A DNA stretch of 64,000 nt from Candidatus Cryptobacteroides excrementigallinarum (GCA_018713015.1 DVFY01000018.1:39576-103575), one strand, 5' to 3'. Numbered from the stretch's first letter, positions 27,611 through 40,098 are shown. Notes: generated from the sequence alone by a model not told the origin. A program made the numbers and translations.

Positions 27611-30529
27611 ATGACCTTATTCAAGCGATTTCTGTTAGTCCTTGCATTCTGCTCGGCGGCTGCCGTCCAGATGTTTGCGCAGTCCGCCGTCAGCGGCACT
27701 GTCAAGGACCTGTCAGGGCTTCCGCTTGCCGGCGTCGTGGTCATGGAAGAAGGTACCCAGAATGCCACTTCCACCGACCTTGACGGCAAGTGGTCCCTGA
27801 ACGTCTCCTCAGGCGATGCGGAGCTACGGTTCACCTGCATCGGCTATTACGACATCGTCACCGGGTTGTCAGGAAGAAAAGTTCTTGACGTGACAATGGA
27901 AGAAGACAAGATGCTGCTCGACGACGTGGTGGTCATCGGCTACGGCTCCACCACGCGCAAGGAAGTCACAGGCTCCGTGTCAAGCCTCAAGAGCGAGGAC
28001 TTCAACCAGGGCAGCAACTCCAGCCCATACGACCTCATCAACGGGCGCATCGCCGGACTGAACATCATCCGAGGTGACGGAGGCGACCCCAACGGAAGCC
28101 TGAGCATCCAGTTGCGAGGCACCACCTCGATGTCCGCCGGGGCGACACCTCTCGTAATCATCGACAACGTGATAGGCGGCACGCTGGAGTCCATCAACCC
28201 CGAGGAAATCGAGTCCATAGACGTGCTGAAGGACGGTTCAGCGGCGGCCATCTACGGCACGCGCGGAACCAACGGAGTGATACTCATCACGACCAAGAAG
28301 GGTTCGAAGGGCAGCGAGCACGCCACTGTGGAATTCTCGACCTACGCCGGGATACAGACCGTCAACCGCAAGCTCGAGATGCTCAGCGCCGACGAGTTCC
28401 GCCAGGTGATGGCAGACGGCCACAGCGGATTCGACGGAGGCGCGGACACCGACTGGCTCGACGCGATCACGCGCAAGGCGCCCCTCACCCAGTACTACAA
28501 CCTCGCGGTCTCCGGAGGCAGCAAGAACCTCTCCTACCGCGCCGCAGTCTCGTTCATGGACGAGCAGGGTCTGGTGCTGAACAGTGACCGCAACGACCTC
28601 CGCGGACGCATCAACATCTCGCAGACCGCCCTCAACGACAGGCTGACCATCAACTACAACTTCAACTACTCTTCGAGGGTGGCCCATCCCACCGACCAGT
28701 GGGCCGTACAGCAGGCTGTCAGGAGGAATCCGACGGAGCCCATCTACGACCCCGAGGACACCGCACACGGCGGCTACTACACCAACAACGGCCCCTTCCA
28801 GTACTACAACCCCGTGGCGATGCTCAACGAAGCCGAGAGGGAGAACCGCTTCAGGACCTTCATGGGCAGCGTGCGCGCACAGTTCAAGATCACCGACCAG
28901 CTTTCGGTGGCTGCGACGGGCTCGTTCAACCAGTACACCGGCAGCGAGAGCGAATATCTCTCGAAATACTATCCCCAGGACGCCACGCGTGACGGAGAGG
29001 CCGGAATCAACAACTACTGGAACCTGACCAAGCTCCTCGACATCGAGGCCAACTACAACGGCAAGTTCGGCGACCACTCGGTCCAGGCCGTAGCAGGATA
29101 CTCCTACACCGACAACGTGTACGAGACCTCGTACATGTGGAACAAGGACTTCGACACCGACTACTTTCTCTGGCACAACATCGGCTCCGGAAGCGGACTC
29201 CAGAACGGAGAGGCCAGCATGTCCTCCTCCAAGGAAAGCAGCAAGCTCATCGCATTCTTCGGACGTGTGATGTACAACTACAAGGAGAAGTACCTGCTCT
29301 CCGTCTCCGCGAGATATGAAGGCTCGTCGCGCTTCGGAGCCAACAACAAGTGGGGTCTCTTCCCTGCGGTCAGCTTAGGCTGGCGCATCGACCAGGAGAA
29401 CTTCATGGACGATGTAGAGTGGATTGACGAGCTCAAGCTGCGCGCCGGCTACGGAGTGACCGGCAACCAGGACATCGCCAACTACCAGTCGCTCGCGCGC
29501 CTGTCGCCCAGCGGAAAGTTCTACTACAACGGCGAGTGGATCAATTCCTACGGACCCGCCAGCAACGAGAACGATGACCTGCGGTGGGAAAGGAAGAGCG
29601 AGTTCAACTTCGGCGTGGACTTCACCGTACTCAAGGGACGCATCTCCGGAACAATCGACTACTACAACAGGACCACCAGCGACCTGCTCTACACCTACGC
29701 GGTGCCCGTACCGCCCAATCTCTACAGCTCCAAGTTCACCAACGTGGGCGTAATCAAGAACAGCGGAATTGAGCTCACGCTCAACGCCGTTCCCGTGATG
29801 AGGGGCGACTTCTCATGGAACACGACCCTGACCATGGCACACAACGAGAACATGCTCAAGAGCTTCTCCAACGAGGACTACGCTATGCAGTTCATGCAGA
29901 CCGGCTACATCTCCACCGACTTCAAGCAGTATGTCGAGAGAATCTATGAAGGCCAGCCCATAGGCAACTTCTACGGCCCCGTATTCACCGGCATGGACGA
30001 GAACGGCAACGCGACCTACAAGGGCGTGGAGCCCGGCGAGGCCGTGAGCGAGTCGGTCTACGAGGTCATAGGCAACGCCTTCCCCGACCTCACCTTCGGC
30101 TGGTCGAACAACTTCAGGTACAAGAACTTCGACCTCTCAATGCTCTTCAGGGGCTCGATAGGCAACGACGTGGCCAACATACAGAGGCTCTTCTACGAAG
30201 GTTACTACTATTTCGGGGGCAAGAACATCCTGAAATCCACCCTGGACTCTCCGGACAACGCCGGACAGACCACCTTCTCCTCATATTATGTCGAGGACGG
30301 CTCGTTCCTGAAGCTCTCCAACGTGACGCTTTCCTACACCTGGAAGCCCAACAGCGAATGGCTCAAGAACCTCCGCGTCTACGTGACCGGGCAGAACCTG
30401 CTCACCATCACCGGATACAAGGGCGTCGACCCCGAGGTCAGCCTCAACGGACTTGCGCCGGGCATAGCGTGGGACTCCTTCTATCCTTCCACCAGGACCT
30501 TCCTGCTCGGAGTGAATCTCACGTTCTAA
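27611..30529 (+). CDS. susC: SusC/RagA TonB-dependent outer-membrane transporter
   Basis: LDDVVVIGYG, IDVLKDGSAAAIYGTRGTNGVILITTKKG, YVEDGSFLKL, ends GVNLTF. Confidence 0.96.
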   Translation: MTLFKRFLLVLAFCSAAAVQMFAQSAVSGTVKDLSGLPLAGVVVMEEGTQNATSTDLDGKWSLNVSSGDAELRFTCIGYYDIVTGLSGRKVLDVTMEEDKMLLDDVVVIGYGSTTRKEVTGSVSSLKSEDFNQGSNSSPYDLINGRIAGLNIIRGDGGDPNGSLSIQLRGTTSMSAGATPLVIIDNVIGGTLESINPEEIESIDVLKDGSAAAIYGTRGTNGVILITTKKGSKGSEHATVEFSTYAGIQTVNRKLEMLSADEFRQVMADGHSGFDGGADTDWLDAITRKAPLTQYYNLAVSGGSKNLSYRAAVSFMDEQGLVLNSDRNDLRGRINISQTALNDRLTINYNFNYSSRVAHPTDQWAVQQAVRRNPTEPIYDPEDTAHGGYYTNNGPFQYYNPVAMLNEAERENRFRTFMGSVRAQFKITDQLSVAATGSFNQYTGSESEYLSKYYPQDATRDGEAGINNYWNLTKLLDIEANYNGKFGDHSVQAVAGYSYTDNVYETSYMWNKDFDTDYFLWHNIGSGSGLQNGEASMSSSKESSKLIAFFGRVMYNYKEKYLLSVSARYEGSSRFGANNKWGLFPAVSLGWRIDQENFMDDVEWIDELKLRAGYGVTGNQDIANYQSLARLSPSGKFYYNGEWINSYGPASNENDDLRWERKSEFNFGVDFTVLKGRISGTIDYYNRTTSDLLYTYAVPVPPNLYSSKFTNVGVIKNSGIELTLNAVPVMRGDFSWNTTLTMAHNENMLKSFSNEDYAMQFMQTGYISTDFKQYVERIYEGQPIGNFYGPVFTGMDENGNATYKGVEPGEAVSESVYEVIGNAFPDLTFGWSNNFRYKNFDLSMLFRGSIGNDVANIQRLFYEGYYYFGGKNILKSTLDSPDNAGQTTFSSYYVEDGSFLKLSNVTLSYTWKPNSEWLKNLRVYVTGQNLLTITGYKGVDPEVSLNGLAPGIAWDSFYPSTRTFLLGVNLTF

Positions 30530-30556
30530 TTGAAACGAAAATAAACGACAGAAAAG

Positions 30557-32092
30557 ATGAAAAAGACATTTTTGGCCATAGCGGCGGCATTGACCCTGGC
30601 GGGGGCCTGCACCAATCTGGACGAGACCCTCTACTCGCAGCTGCCGGCTGACGGATTCTTCGTCGACGAGGAATCCATGATAAAGAACGTGGGCCGCGCC
30701 TACGCCTGGCTCTCCTCCGACTCCTGGGACAACGGCTACCTGCAGCACATGGGAGTCTGGATGCACGACATGGTGACCACCGACGAGTGCATCATCCCCT
30801 ACCGCGAGACCGGACTCTGGTGGGACAACGGAGTGTGGATACAGGACCACCAGCACAGCTGGGACTACACCCACGACGGAATATGGAGCACCTACAGCTT
30901 CGTGATGGACGGCGTGACCCAGTGCAACCAGATACTCTACCAGATGGACGAGTCCGACGTCGACTTCGACGGAAGGGACAAGCTGGTGGCGGAGGTCAAG
31001 ATGGTGCGCGCGTACCTCTACCTGAAAGGCATAGACTGGTTCAGGAACCTCCCCCTCGTGACCGACTTCACCGACACCTCCCTGCCCAGCCAGGTCCCTC
31101 CCCAGACCCTCTTCGACTTCATAGAAAGCGAGATACTTGACAACGTGGCCTATCTGGAGGACGCCCCGACCTCGGCCAACTACGGACGCGCGACCAAGGC
31201 CGCCGCATACACCATGCTCGCGAAGCTCTACATCAACTCGGAGGTATGGACGGGCAAGGCCATGTGGCAGGAGGCCTCGGAAGCCTGCGACAAGGTCATG
31301 GAGTTCACGAGCCTCCAGCTCGAAGGAGACTATTTCGCGAACTTCGCCGTTGACAACGAGGGCTCGACCGAGACAATCTGGGCCATACCCCTCGAAGCCA
31401 GCATCACCAACACCTTCCCCCTCCACAACATAACCCTGCACTCGCTCAGCCAGCAGACCTACAACATCACCAACTTCTGCTGGGACGGCGCCTGCGCCCT
31501 CGAGTGGCTCTGGGATTCATACGAGGAGAACGACCTCAGGCGCGCGTCCTGGCTCGAAGGCCCGCAGTACGACATCAACGGCGAGCCGCTGATGATAGAC
31601 CCCGACAGGCAGCTCAACTACACTCCCTACGTGGGTCCCGTCTACGACCAGCAGAACCCCGCGCTGCTCGACTCCGGAGTCCGCATGTGCAAGTGGGAAT
31701 ATGAGAACGGCCTGGCCTTCCAGGCGATGAGCAACGACTTCCCCATCTACCGTCTCGCCGACATCTACCTGCTCAAGGCAGAATGCCTGATGAGGCTGAA
31801 CGGAGGCACGGCGACCCAGGAGGCGGTGAACTACGCCAACATGGTCAGGGAAAGGGCCGGAGCCAGCGACTACAGCACCTCCACCCTCACCCTCGAGGAG
31901 CTGCTCAGGGAAAGGGCCAGGGAGCTCTGCTGGGAAGGTCACAGGCGCCAGGACCAGGTGCGCTTCGGCACCTTCGACGACCCTTGGGACAACAAGGACA
32001 ACACCGACTCCTACAGGGACATCTACCCGATACCCCAGCGCGCCATGACGGCCAACCCCAACCTCGTGCAGAACCCCGGATATTCCAAGTAA
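30557..32092 (+). CDS. susD: SusD/RagB nutrient-binding lipoprotein
   Basis: Lipobox LAGAC; RLADIYLLKAE, ERARELCWEGHRRQDQVRFG, NPNLVQNPGY. Confidence 0.95.
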   Translation: MKKTFLAIAAALTLAGACTNLDETLYSQLPADGFFVDEESMIKNVGRAYAWLSSDSWDNGYLQHMGVWMHDMVTTDECIIPYRETGLWWDNGVWIQDHQHSWDYTHDGIWSTYSFVMDGVTQCNQILYQMDESDVDFDGRDKLVAEVKMVRAYLYLKGIDWFRNLPLVTDFTDTSLPSQVPPQTLFDFIESEILDNVAYLEDAPTSANYGRATKAAAYTMLAKLYINSEVWTGKAMWQEASEACDKVMEFTSLQLEGDYFANFAVDNEGSTETIWAIPLEASITNTFPLHNITLHSLSQQTYNITNFCWDGACALEWLWDSYEENDLRRASWLEGPQYDINGEPLMIDPDRQLNYTPYVGPVYDQQNPALLDSGVRMCKWEYENGLAFQAMSNDFPIYRLADIYLLKAECLMRLNGGTATQEAVNYANMVRERAGASDYSTSTLTLEELLRERARELCWEGHRRQDQVRFGTFDDPWDNKDNTDSYRDIYPIPQRAMTANPNLVQNPGYSK

Positions 32093-32100
32093 ATATCATG

Positions 32101-32162
32101 GAAAACTGTTTGAATTCTTGTCAGAATTTCGTATCAATCCGGCGGGGATTCAGACAGTTTTC
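32101..32162 (+). promoter_or_regulatory. Long intercistronic RNA hairpin between susD and rbsK
   Basis: 22 consecutive pairs, 5 of them G-U and valid only on the + transcript: GAAAACTGTTTGAATTCTTGTC / GGCGGGGATTCAGACAGTTTTC. Confidence 0.7.
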
Positions 32163-32177
32163 TAAAATTAAGACACT

Positions 32178-33104
32178 ATGGATATTTTGGTAATCGGCAG
32201 TTCGAACACTGACCTCACCGTCCGCGCGGGAAGCATACCCAAGCCGGGCGAGACCGTCCTGGGTTCAGGATTCAAAGTGGACGCCGGAGGCAAGGGCGCC
32301 AACCAGGCGGTCGGAGCGGCGCGGCTCGGAGCCGGCGTGACATTCAGCTGCATGCTGGGATGCGACGCCTACGGTGAGCAGTCCGTCAGGAATTTCAGGA
32401 ACGAGAACATAGACACCTCCTACGTCTTCACCTGCCCCGGGGAAGCCTCTGGCGTGGCGCTGATCACTGTGGATTCGAAGGGAGAGAACTGCATAGTCGT
32501 GGCCTCCGGCGCCAACCTCAGGTTCACCCCGGCGGACGTCGACAAGATAGGCGACCTCTCCAGGTTCTCCCTCGTCCTGGCGCAGCTGGAGATTCCGGTG
32601 GAAACCGTGGCATACGCCGCATCGCTGTGCCGCAGGAGCAACGTACCCTTCGTGCTCAACCCGGCCCCTGCGGCCAGGCTCCCCGAGAGCATGTACGCCG
32701 ACATCGACGTCATCACCCCCAACGAAACCGAGGCCGAAATCCTGACAGGAATCAGGGTGACGGACGGAAAGAGCGCGGAGACGGCGGCGAAAAGCCTCTG
32801 CGACAAAGGCGTGAAGACCGTGATAATCACCCTCGGCAGCAAGGGGGCGTACGTCTACAGCGAAGGGCGTGGCCGGCTCGTGAAGGCATGGAAGGTCGAC
32901 GCGGTCGACACCACTGCGGCAGGCGACATCTTCAATGCGGGCTTCTGCGTCGCAAGGGCTTCGGGCAAGGATGTCGACAGCGCAGTCAGCTTCGCGTCGG
33001 CCGCATCGGCGATAGCCGTCACCCGCAGGGGCGCGCAGAGCTCCGCCCCCTATTATGACGAAGTAATTGAATTCATGAACACCAACAACAATACAAGACA
33101 ATGA
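32178..33104 (+). CDS. rbsK: Ribokinase
   Basis: IGSSNTDL, PGETV, GGKGANQAVGAARLG, LNPAPA, PNETEAE, VDTTAAGDIF. Confidence 0.95.
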   Translation: MDILVIGSSNTDLTVRAGSIPKPGETVLGSGFKVDAGGKGANQAVGAARLGAGVTFSCMLGCDAYGEQSVRNFRNENIDTSYVFTCPGEASGVALITVDSKGENCIVVASGANLRFTPADVDKIGDLSRFSLVLAQLEIPVETVAYAASLCRRSNVPFVLNPAPAARLPESMYADIDVITPNETEAEILTGIRVTDGKSAETAAKSLCDKGVKTVIITLGSKGAYVYSEGRGRLVKAWKVDAVDTTAAGDIFNAGFCVARASGKDVDSAVSFASAASAIAVTRRGAQSSAPYYDEVIEFMNTNNNTRQ

Positions 33105-34624
33105 AAAGAACTTTGATGATACTTTGCGCCCTGGGCGCGATCGGCATTTCCGCAGGATGCTCCGGAAAGAGCGGCGTCCCGGCCGAAGTGACAATGAGCA
33201 AGGAAGTCCTGATGGACAAGATCAAGGGCGCCTGGGCCGGACAGACCATAGGCTGCACCTACGGAGGCCCCACGGAATTCCGGTATTCCGGAACCATGAT
33301 CAACGACAACATCGCGATAGAATGGCCGGACGGCTACATCAAATGGTACTTCGACAACTCCCCCGGCCTGTATGACGACGTCTACATGGACCTGACCTTC
33401 GTGGACGTGTTCGAGAAGGAAGGCCTGGACGCCCCGGTAAGCTCGTTCGAGAAAGCGTTCTCCGAGGCCGGATACATGCTCTGGCACGCCAACCAGCAGG
33501 CGCGCTACAACATCAGGCAGGGAATGACAGGAGCCGAGGTCGGCCACTGGGAGAACAATCCCCACGCCGATGACATAGACTTCCAGATAGAGGCCGACTA
33601 CGCAGGCATCATGTCGCCCGGAATGCCCAATGCCGCAAGCCATTTCAGCGATGATATCGGCCACATGATGAACTACGGCGACGGCTGGTACGGAGGCGTG
33701 TATGTAGCCGCCATGTACGCCCTCGCCTTCGTCAGCGACGACATCAACTTCATCGTCCGCGAGGCGCTGAAGTGCATCCCCGAGCAGAGCAAGTACTACA
33801 AGTGCATGAGCGACGTGATACGCTGGCACGAAATGTATCCCGACAACTGGGAGATCTGCTGGGCGCTCTGCCAGAAGAACTGGTCGTTCGACATAGGCTG
33901 CCCCGACGGAGTGTACCAGCATTTCAACATAGACGCGACCATCAACAGCGCATACATACTGATAGGACTGCTCTATGGAGAGGGCGACTTCACGAAGACC
34001 ATCGACATCTCCACCAGATGCGGATATGACTCCGACTGCAATCCCGCCTCCGCCGGAGGAATCCTCGCCACCATGCTGGGCTACAGCAACATACCCGAGA
34101 AGTACATGGCCAACCTGCGCGAAGTGGAGGATCTCGATTTCGCATACACCGACATCTCGCTGAACAAGGTATACCGGATGTCCTTCGACCAGGCGCTTGA
34201 AGTCATAGAGCGCTACGGAGGAAGCGTCAGCGACGACGCCGTCACCATCAGGTGCCAGACTCCCGAGGCGGTGAGGTTCGAGGAGTCATTCGCAGGACAC
34301 TGGCCCGAAAAGCCCGTGAACCTCGGGAAGGACATCAGGGAGATTGACGAAATCGCCTTCGACGGCAAGGGCATCGTGGTCCGCTATTCCTTCGGAGACA
34401 GCCGCAGGGACCCTGGATACACCGCGCAGGTGGAAGTGTGGCTCGACGGACGCCTCGTGGAAACGGCTGTCCTGCCCATGGACGAGAACTCCCGCAAGCA
34501 GGAGCTCTACTACAAGTACAACCTGCCCGACGGAGACCACAGCCTCTCGTTCAGATGGCTCAACCCCCGCGCGGACAAGAGCATAGAACTCACGTCCTAC
34601 ATAGTTTACACCGACAAGAAATAG
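33101..34624 (+). CDS. ADP-ribosylglycohydrolase-family lipoprotein
   Basis: Lipobox ISAGC; DKIKGAWAGQTIGCTYGGPTEF, acidic metal motifs YDDVYMD, DDIDFQ, GYDSDCN; beta-rich C-terminal extension. Confidence 0.8.
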   Translation: MKRTLMILCALGAIGISAGCSGKSGVPAEVTMSKEVLMDKIKGAWAGQTIGCTYGGPTEFRYSGTMINDNIAIEWPDGYIKWYFDNSPGLYDDVYMDLTFVDVFEKEGLDAPVSSFEKAFSEAGYMLWHANQQARYNIRQGMTGAEVGHWENNPHADDIDFQIEADYAGIMSPGMPNAASHFSDDIGHMMNYGDGWYGGVYVAAMYALAFVSDDINFIVREALKCIPEQSKYYKCMSDVIRWHEMYPDNWEICWALCQKNWSFDIGCPDGVYQHFNIDATINSAYILIGLLYGEGDFTKTIDISTRCGYDSDCNPASAGGILATMLGYSNIPEKYMANLREVEDLDFAYTDISLNKVYRMSFDQALEVIERYGGSVSDDAVTIRCQTPEAVRFEESFAGHWPEKPVNLGKDIREIDEIAFDGKGIVVRYSFGDSRRDPGYTAQVEVWLDGRLVETAVLPMDENSRKQELYYKYNLPDGDHSLSFRWLNPRADKSIELTSYIVYTDKK

Positions 34625-34631
34625 AATCGCC

Positions 34632-35636
34632 ATGTTCATAGTCAACAGTTACGCCCTGGCGGTGATATTCTGCTTCGTCACGATGCTCTGCTGGGGTTCA
34701 TGGGGCAACACCCAGAAACTCGCGTCCAAGTCCTGGAGATATGAGCTTTTCTACTGGGACTATGTGATAGGAATGCTGGCATTCGCCCTGCTGATAGCCT
34801 TCACGATGGGAAGTTTCGGCAGCGAGGGCAGGCATTTCACCGAGGACATCGCCCAGGCCGACCTCAAGAACGTCGGCAGCATTCTGCTGGGCGGCGTGAT
34901 CTTCAACGCTTCCAACATACTGCTCTCGGCCTCCACCTCGATCGCCGGCCTGGCCGTCGCGTTCCCGCTCGGAGTCGGGCTCTCGCTGGTGCTTGGAACC
35001 GTGGTCAACTACATAGGCGCCCCGAAGGGAGACCCGCTCTGGCTCTTCCTCGGAGTCGCGCTGATAGTGGTCGCGGTGGTGTGCAACGGCATCGCGTCTT
35101 CCAAGGTCGGCAGGAGCGGTGAGAACTCCAACGCCAGGAAAGGCATACTCCTGGCCGTGGCCGCCGGAATCCTCATGGCTTTCTTCTACAGGTTCGTGGC
35201 CGCAGCGATGGACCTGGACAACTTCGCCGCGCCCGCGCCCGGCAAGGTGACGCCCTACACGGCAATAGTCATCTTCTCCCTTGGCGTGCTGGCCAGCAAC
35301 TTCCTGTTCAACACGCTCGTCATGAAGAGGCCCTTCGTCGGAGAGCCGGTCAGCTATTCCGAGTATTTCAAGGGCTCGACGAAGACCCATCTGGTCGGAA
35401 TGCTGGGAGGCGCGATCTGGTGTCTCGGAACGGCTTTCAGCTACATAGCCTCGGGAAAGGCCGGAGCCGCGATATCCTACGCCCTCGGGCAGGGAGCCCC
35501 GATGGTCGCCGCAATCTGGGGAGTCTTCATCTGGAAGGAGTTCAAGGGAGCTGGCAAGTCCACCTACGGACTGCTGGCGCTGATGTTCGCCTTCTTCGTC
35601 GGAGGCCTCGCCTGCATCATCATATCGGGCAACTAG
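34632..35636 (+). CDS. DMT/GRP-family sugar (ribose-type) permease
   Basis: About 10 TM helices; TMLCWGSWGNTQK, ELFYWDY, AISYALGQGAPMVAAIWGVFIWKEF. Confidence 0.85.
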   Translation: MFIVNSYALAVIFCFVTMLCWGSWGNTQKLASKSWRYELFYWDYVIGMLAFALLIAFTMGSFGSEGRHFTEDIAQADLKNVGSILLGGVIFNASNILLSASTSIAGLAVAFPLGVGLSLVLGTVVNYIGAPKGDPLWLFLGVALIVVAVVCNGIASSKVGRSGENSNARKGILLAVAAGILMAFFYRFVAAAMDLDNFAAPAPGKVTPYTAIVIFSLGVLASNFLFNTLVMKRPFVGEPVSYSEYFKGSTKTHLVGMLGGAIWCLGTAFSYIASGKAGAAISYALGQGAPMVAAIWGVFIWKEFKGAGKSTYGLLALMFAFFVGGLACIIISGN

Positions 35637-35658
35637 ACCGCCCGGCAGCCTTATTTCC

Positions 35659-35703
35659 GCGGCCCTTCCCTCCTGGACACGCTCCAGGCCCGGGAAGGGC
35701 CGC
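35659..35703 (+). terminator. GC-rich hairpin after the PUL (probable terminator)
   Basis: GCGGCCCTTCCC...GGGAAGGGCCGC perfect 12-bp stem with inner CCTGGA/TCCAGG; no clear T tract. Confidence 0.55.
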
Positions 35704-35781
35704 AGGTCAATATTTTGTATAAAAATTTGCATATATAACATTTTCGCTATATATTGCGTTCAACTTGAACTTAAACGACCG

Positions 35782-35964
35782 ATGAACTGGAACGAACTGC
35801 GCAGAAAAGCCGTCGAACACGGCTTTGAACTTCTAAAACACGGCAGCCGGCACGACATCTATCTGAACAGAGCCACCGGAAAGATTATTTTAATTGAGCG
35901 GCACTGGTCCCCGGAGGTCAGACCGGGAATCATGAACAGGTTGAAGAAATTAATCGGATTCTAA
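35782..35964 (+). CDS. hicA: HicA-family toxin (type II TA)
   Basis: 60 aa basic protein, GFELLKHGSRHDIY..ERH..EV. Confidence 0.85.
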   Translation: MNWNELRRKAVEHGFELLKHGSRHDIYLNRATGKIILIERHWSPEVRPGIMNRLKKLIGF

Positions 35965-35976
35965 ATCGAGGAAGGC

Positions 35977-36381
35977 ATGACATTCAAAGTAACTATAGAG
36001 AAACAGACCGATGGCAGCTACATCGCCTATAACAACGAAGGCGAGGGAGCGGTGATCATCGGCACCGGAGCAACCGTGAACGAGGCGAAGGACGACTTCT
36101 TCCGCTCGATGGAAGAGACGGCCGAAGCCTGCAGGGAAGCCGGAATCAGCGGCCCGGAAATGTTGGACGGAGAGCCGCAGTTCAGCTTCGACCTCTCATC
36201 GCTGCTGGAATATTACGATGTGTTGAACGCCAGCGCCCTCGCCCGGAGGCTCGGCATCAACGAATCGCTGATGAGGCAGTACAAGGCCGGAGGAACTTAT
36301 ATCTCCGACTCGCAGCTCAAAAGAATAGAGGACGGCATCCACAGTCTCGGAAACGAACTGGCGCGGCTGAAGCTTGTCTGA
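35977..36381 (+). CDS. hicB: HicB-like antitoxin with C-terminal HTH
   Basis: IEKQTDGSYIAY..GTGATVNEAKDDF; LNASALARRLGINESLMRQYKAG; 12 nt after hicA. Confidence 0.82.
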   Translation: MTFKVTIEKQTDGSYIAYNNEGEGAVIIGTGATVNEAKDDFFRSMEETAEACREAGISGPEMLDGEPQFSFDLSSLLEYYDVLNASALARRLGINESLMRQYKAGGTYISDSQLKRIEDGIHSLGNELARLKLV

Positions 36382-36433
36382 AGCCGTCAACGGCCGCCCC
36401 GGCACGGCAAGGCGCGGACGGCGCGCCGAGCGG

Positions 36434-38320
36434 TCATTCCGAATATGCGGCGATTTCGCCGTTGTCCAGCATGTTACGGTAGATTTCGAGGGCGTTGCGC
36501 GGCAGGGCGTTCGCCGGATCGCCGCAGAAGGCCTTCAGGTCGTCCAATGTGAATCCGGGATGCGAAGCCGCGAATTCCGCCAGCTTGCGGCGTGCCGGGG
36601 CACCCGCCCGGCAGACGTCACAGGTTCCGCAGTCATCGGAATTCTCCTGCCCGAAATACCTGAGCAGCCAGCGCGAACGGCAGAGCACGTCTTCGGAGAC
36701 GTATTCCTCCATCGCGCCGCTGCGCTCGGCAGCGGTCCGCTTGAGGAACTCGTATTTCGGCATCTGGAGGTCGAGGTTGCCCGGCATCAGCCGGCCGTGG
36801 TGCAGCTCTATCACGTCCGTGCGGTCGGACGGTATGTATTTTATGACATGCTCCAGCGACAGCGAGTACAGCAGCCGCCTGAGTCCGGGGATGTCGGTGC
36901 CCGCCGCAGCCGCGAGCGCCGCCTCATCGACTGGCACGGTGAAGCTGAATATGCCTGGATACCTGCGCATCAGGAACTCCAGCACCGCCGGCATGCGCGG
37001 ATCCGGGAGCTCGATGTCGTAGAGCTCGCTCCTGTCGGCGAGTATCCTGACCCGCGTGTCGATGGCGACATCCTCCGCCCAGCTGATGTGTCCGGATATT
37101 TCAAGATAGCGCAGCGCGCTGCGGGCCTGTGCGGGGTTGAGCGAATAATGTGAGGAGAATTCGGCAAGGTCGAAGCGGAGCTGCGCGCCCTCGCCGGCAT
37201 TGTAGATTATCTGCTTGAATATGTGCAGCTTCTGATAGATGTCCTCGATGTATTCCGGCGGCGGGAAGGAGAGGCTGAGCATCTGGTGCATGCGCTGGAT
37301 GTCGAGCCTGTTCCAGAGCAGGACGGCGTAGGAGCGCTTCCCGTCGCGGCCCGCCCTGCCGGCCTCCTGGAAATACGCCTCCGGACTGTCGGGCGGGGCG
37401 AGGTGCACCACGAAGCGAACGTCGGGCTTGTCTATGCCCATGCCGAAGGCGTTAGTGCACACCATCACGCGTATCTCCCCGCGTTTCCAGGCGTCCTGGC
37501 GCTTCTCGCGGGTGAGCGTGTCGAGGCCGGCGTGGTAGAACGAGGCGCTGACGCCCGAGGCTTCGAGCATCGCGGCCGTCTCCTCGCACTTGCGGCGGTT
37601 GCGCATATAGACTATCCCCGTCCCAGGGACTCCCCTGCAGATGTTCAGCAGCTGGCCGCCCTTGTCCTCGCAGCAGCGCACGACATACGACAGGTTCGGC
37701 CGCTCGAATCCGCTCCGCAGCATGACGAAATCCCGGGGTTTCCCCTCCGGACGCGGGGGCGCGGCGAGCTTCTCCATTATGTCCGCCGCCACCTTCGGGG
37801 TCGCGGTCGCCGTAAGGGCGATCACGGGGACGTCCAGACGCTCCCGGAGCCTGCCTATCTCGAGGTAGTCGGGGCGGAAGTCATAGCCCCACTGGGAGAT
37901 GCAGTGCGCCTCGTCCACCACTATCATGCTGATGCCCAGCACGTCCAGATAGGAGCGGAAAAGGAAGGTCGAGAGCCTTTCGGGAGAGACGTAGAGGAAC
38001 TTGAAGCCCCCGTAGGCCGCGTTGTTGAGCGCCGTGTCCACCTCCCTGCGGTTCATTCCCGCATGTACGGCGATGGCGCGGATGCCCCTGGCCTCCAGGT
38101 TCTGCACCTGGTCCTTCATCAGGGCGATCAGGGGCGTTATCACGAGCGCCAGCCCCCCGCGCATCATCGCGGGCACCTGGAAGCAGACCGACTTGCCTCC
38201 TCCGGTGGGCAGTATCGCCAATACGTCGCGCCCTTCCAGCGCGGCGTTAACGATTTCCTCCTGCATCGGGCGGAAAGAGCCGTAGCCCCAATATTTCTTC
38301 AGAGTCTCAAGTGCGGTCAT
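36434..38320 (-). CDS. recQ: RecQ-family ATP-dependent DNA helicase
   Basis: [51 protein letters not shown], Zn motif CRS..CGTCDVC. Confidence 0.94.
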   Translation of the reverse strand: MTALETLKKYWGYGSFRPMQEEIVNAALEGRDVLAILPTGGGKSVCFQVPAMMRGGLALVITPLIALMKDQVQNLEARGIRAIAVHAGMNRREVDTALNNAAYGGFKFLYVSPERLSTFLFRSYLDVLGISMIVVDEAHCISQWGYDFRPDYLEIGRLRERLDVPVIALTATATPKVAADIMEKLAAPPRPEGKPRDFVMLRSGFERPNLSYVVRCCEDKGGQLLNICRGVPGTGIVYMRNRRKCEETAAMLEASGVSASFYHAGLDTLTREKRQDAWKRGEIRVMVCTNAFGMGIDKPDVRFVVHLAPPDSPEAYFQEAGRAGRDGKRSYAVLLWNRLDIQRMHQMLSLSFPPPEYIEDIYQKLHIFKQIIYNAGEGAQLRFDLAEFSSHYSLNPAQARSALRYLEISGHISWAEDVAIDTRVRILADRSELYDIELPDPRMPAVLEFLMRRYPGIFSFTVPVDEAALAAAAGTDIPGLRRLLYSLSLEHVIKYIPSDRTDVIELHHGRLMPGNLDLQMPKYEFLKRTAAERSGAMEEYVSEDVLCRSRWLLRYFGQENSDDCGTCDVCRAGAPARRKLAEFAASHPGFTLDDLKAFCGDPANALPRNALEIYRNMLDNGEIAAYSE

Positions 38321-38472
38321 AGCTCCGCAAATTTAGGAATTTTCACGACATGGCATGGAGTTGGCAGGAACATGGTCCGGTTCTTTGGAAAAGAAATAAA
38401 TTATTAGTATTTTCGCACGATTAAAGAGGAATTGATATAAGTTTAACATACTCTAAATTCATAATCTTAATT

Positions 38473-40077
<1,605 letters not shown>

Positions 40078-40098
40078 TCTGAAGGAAAGCATATCTGA

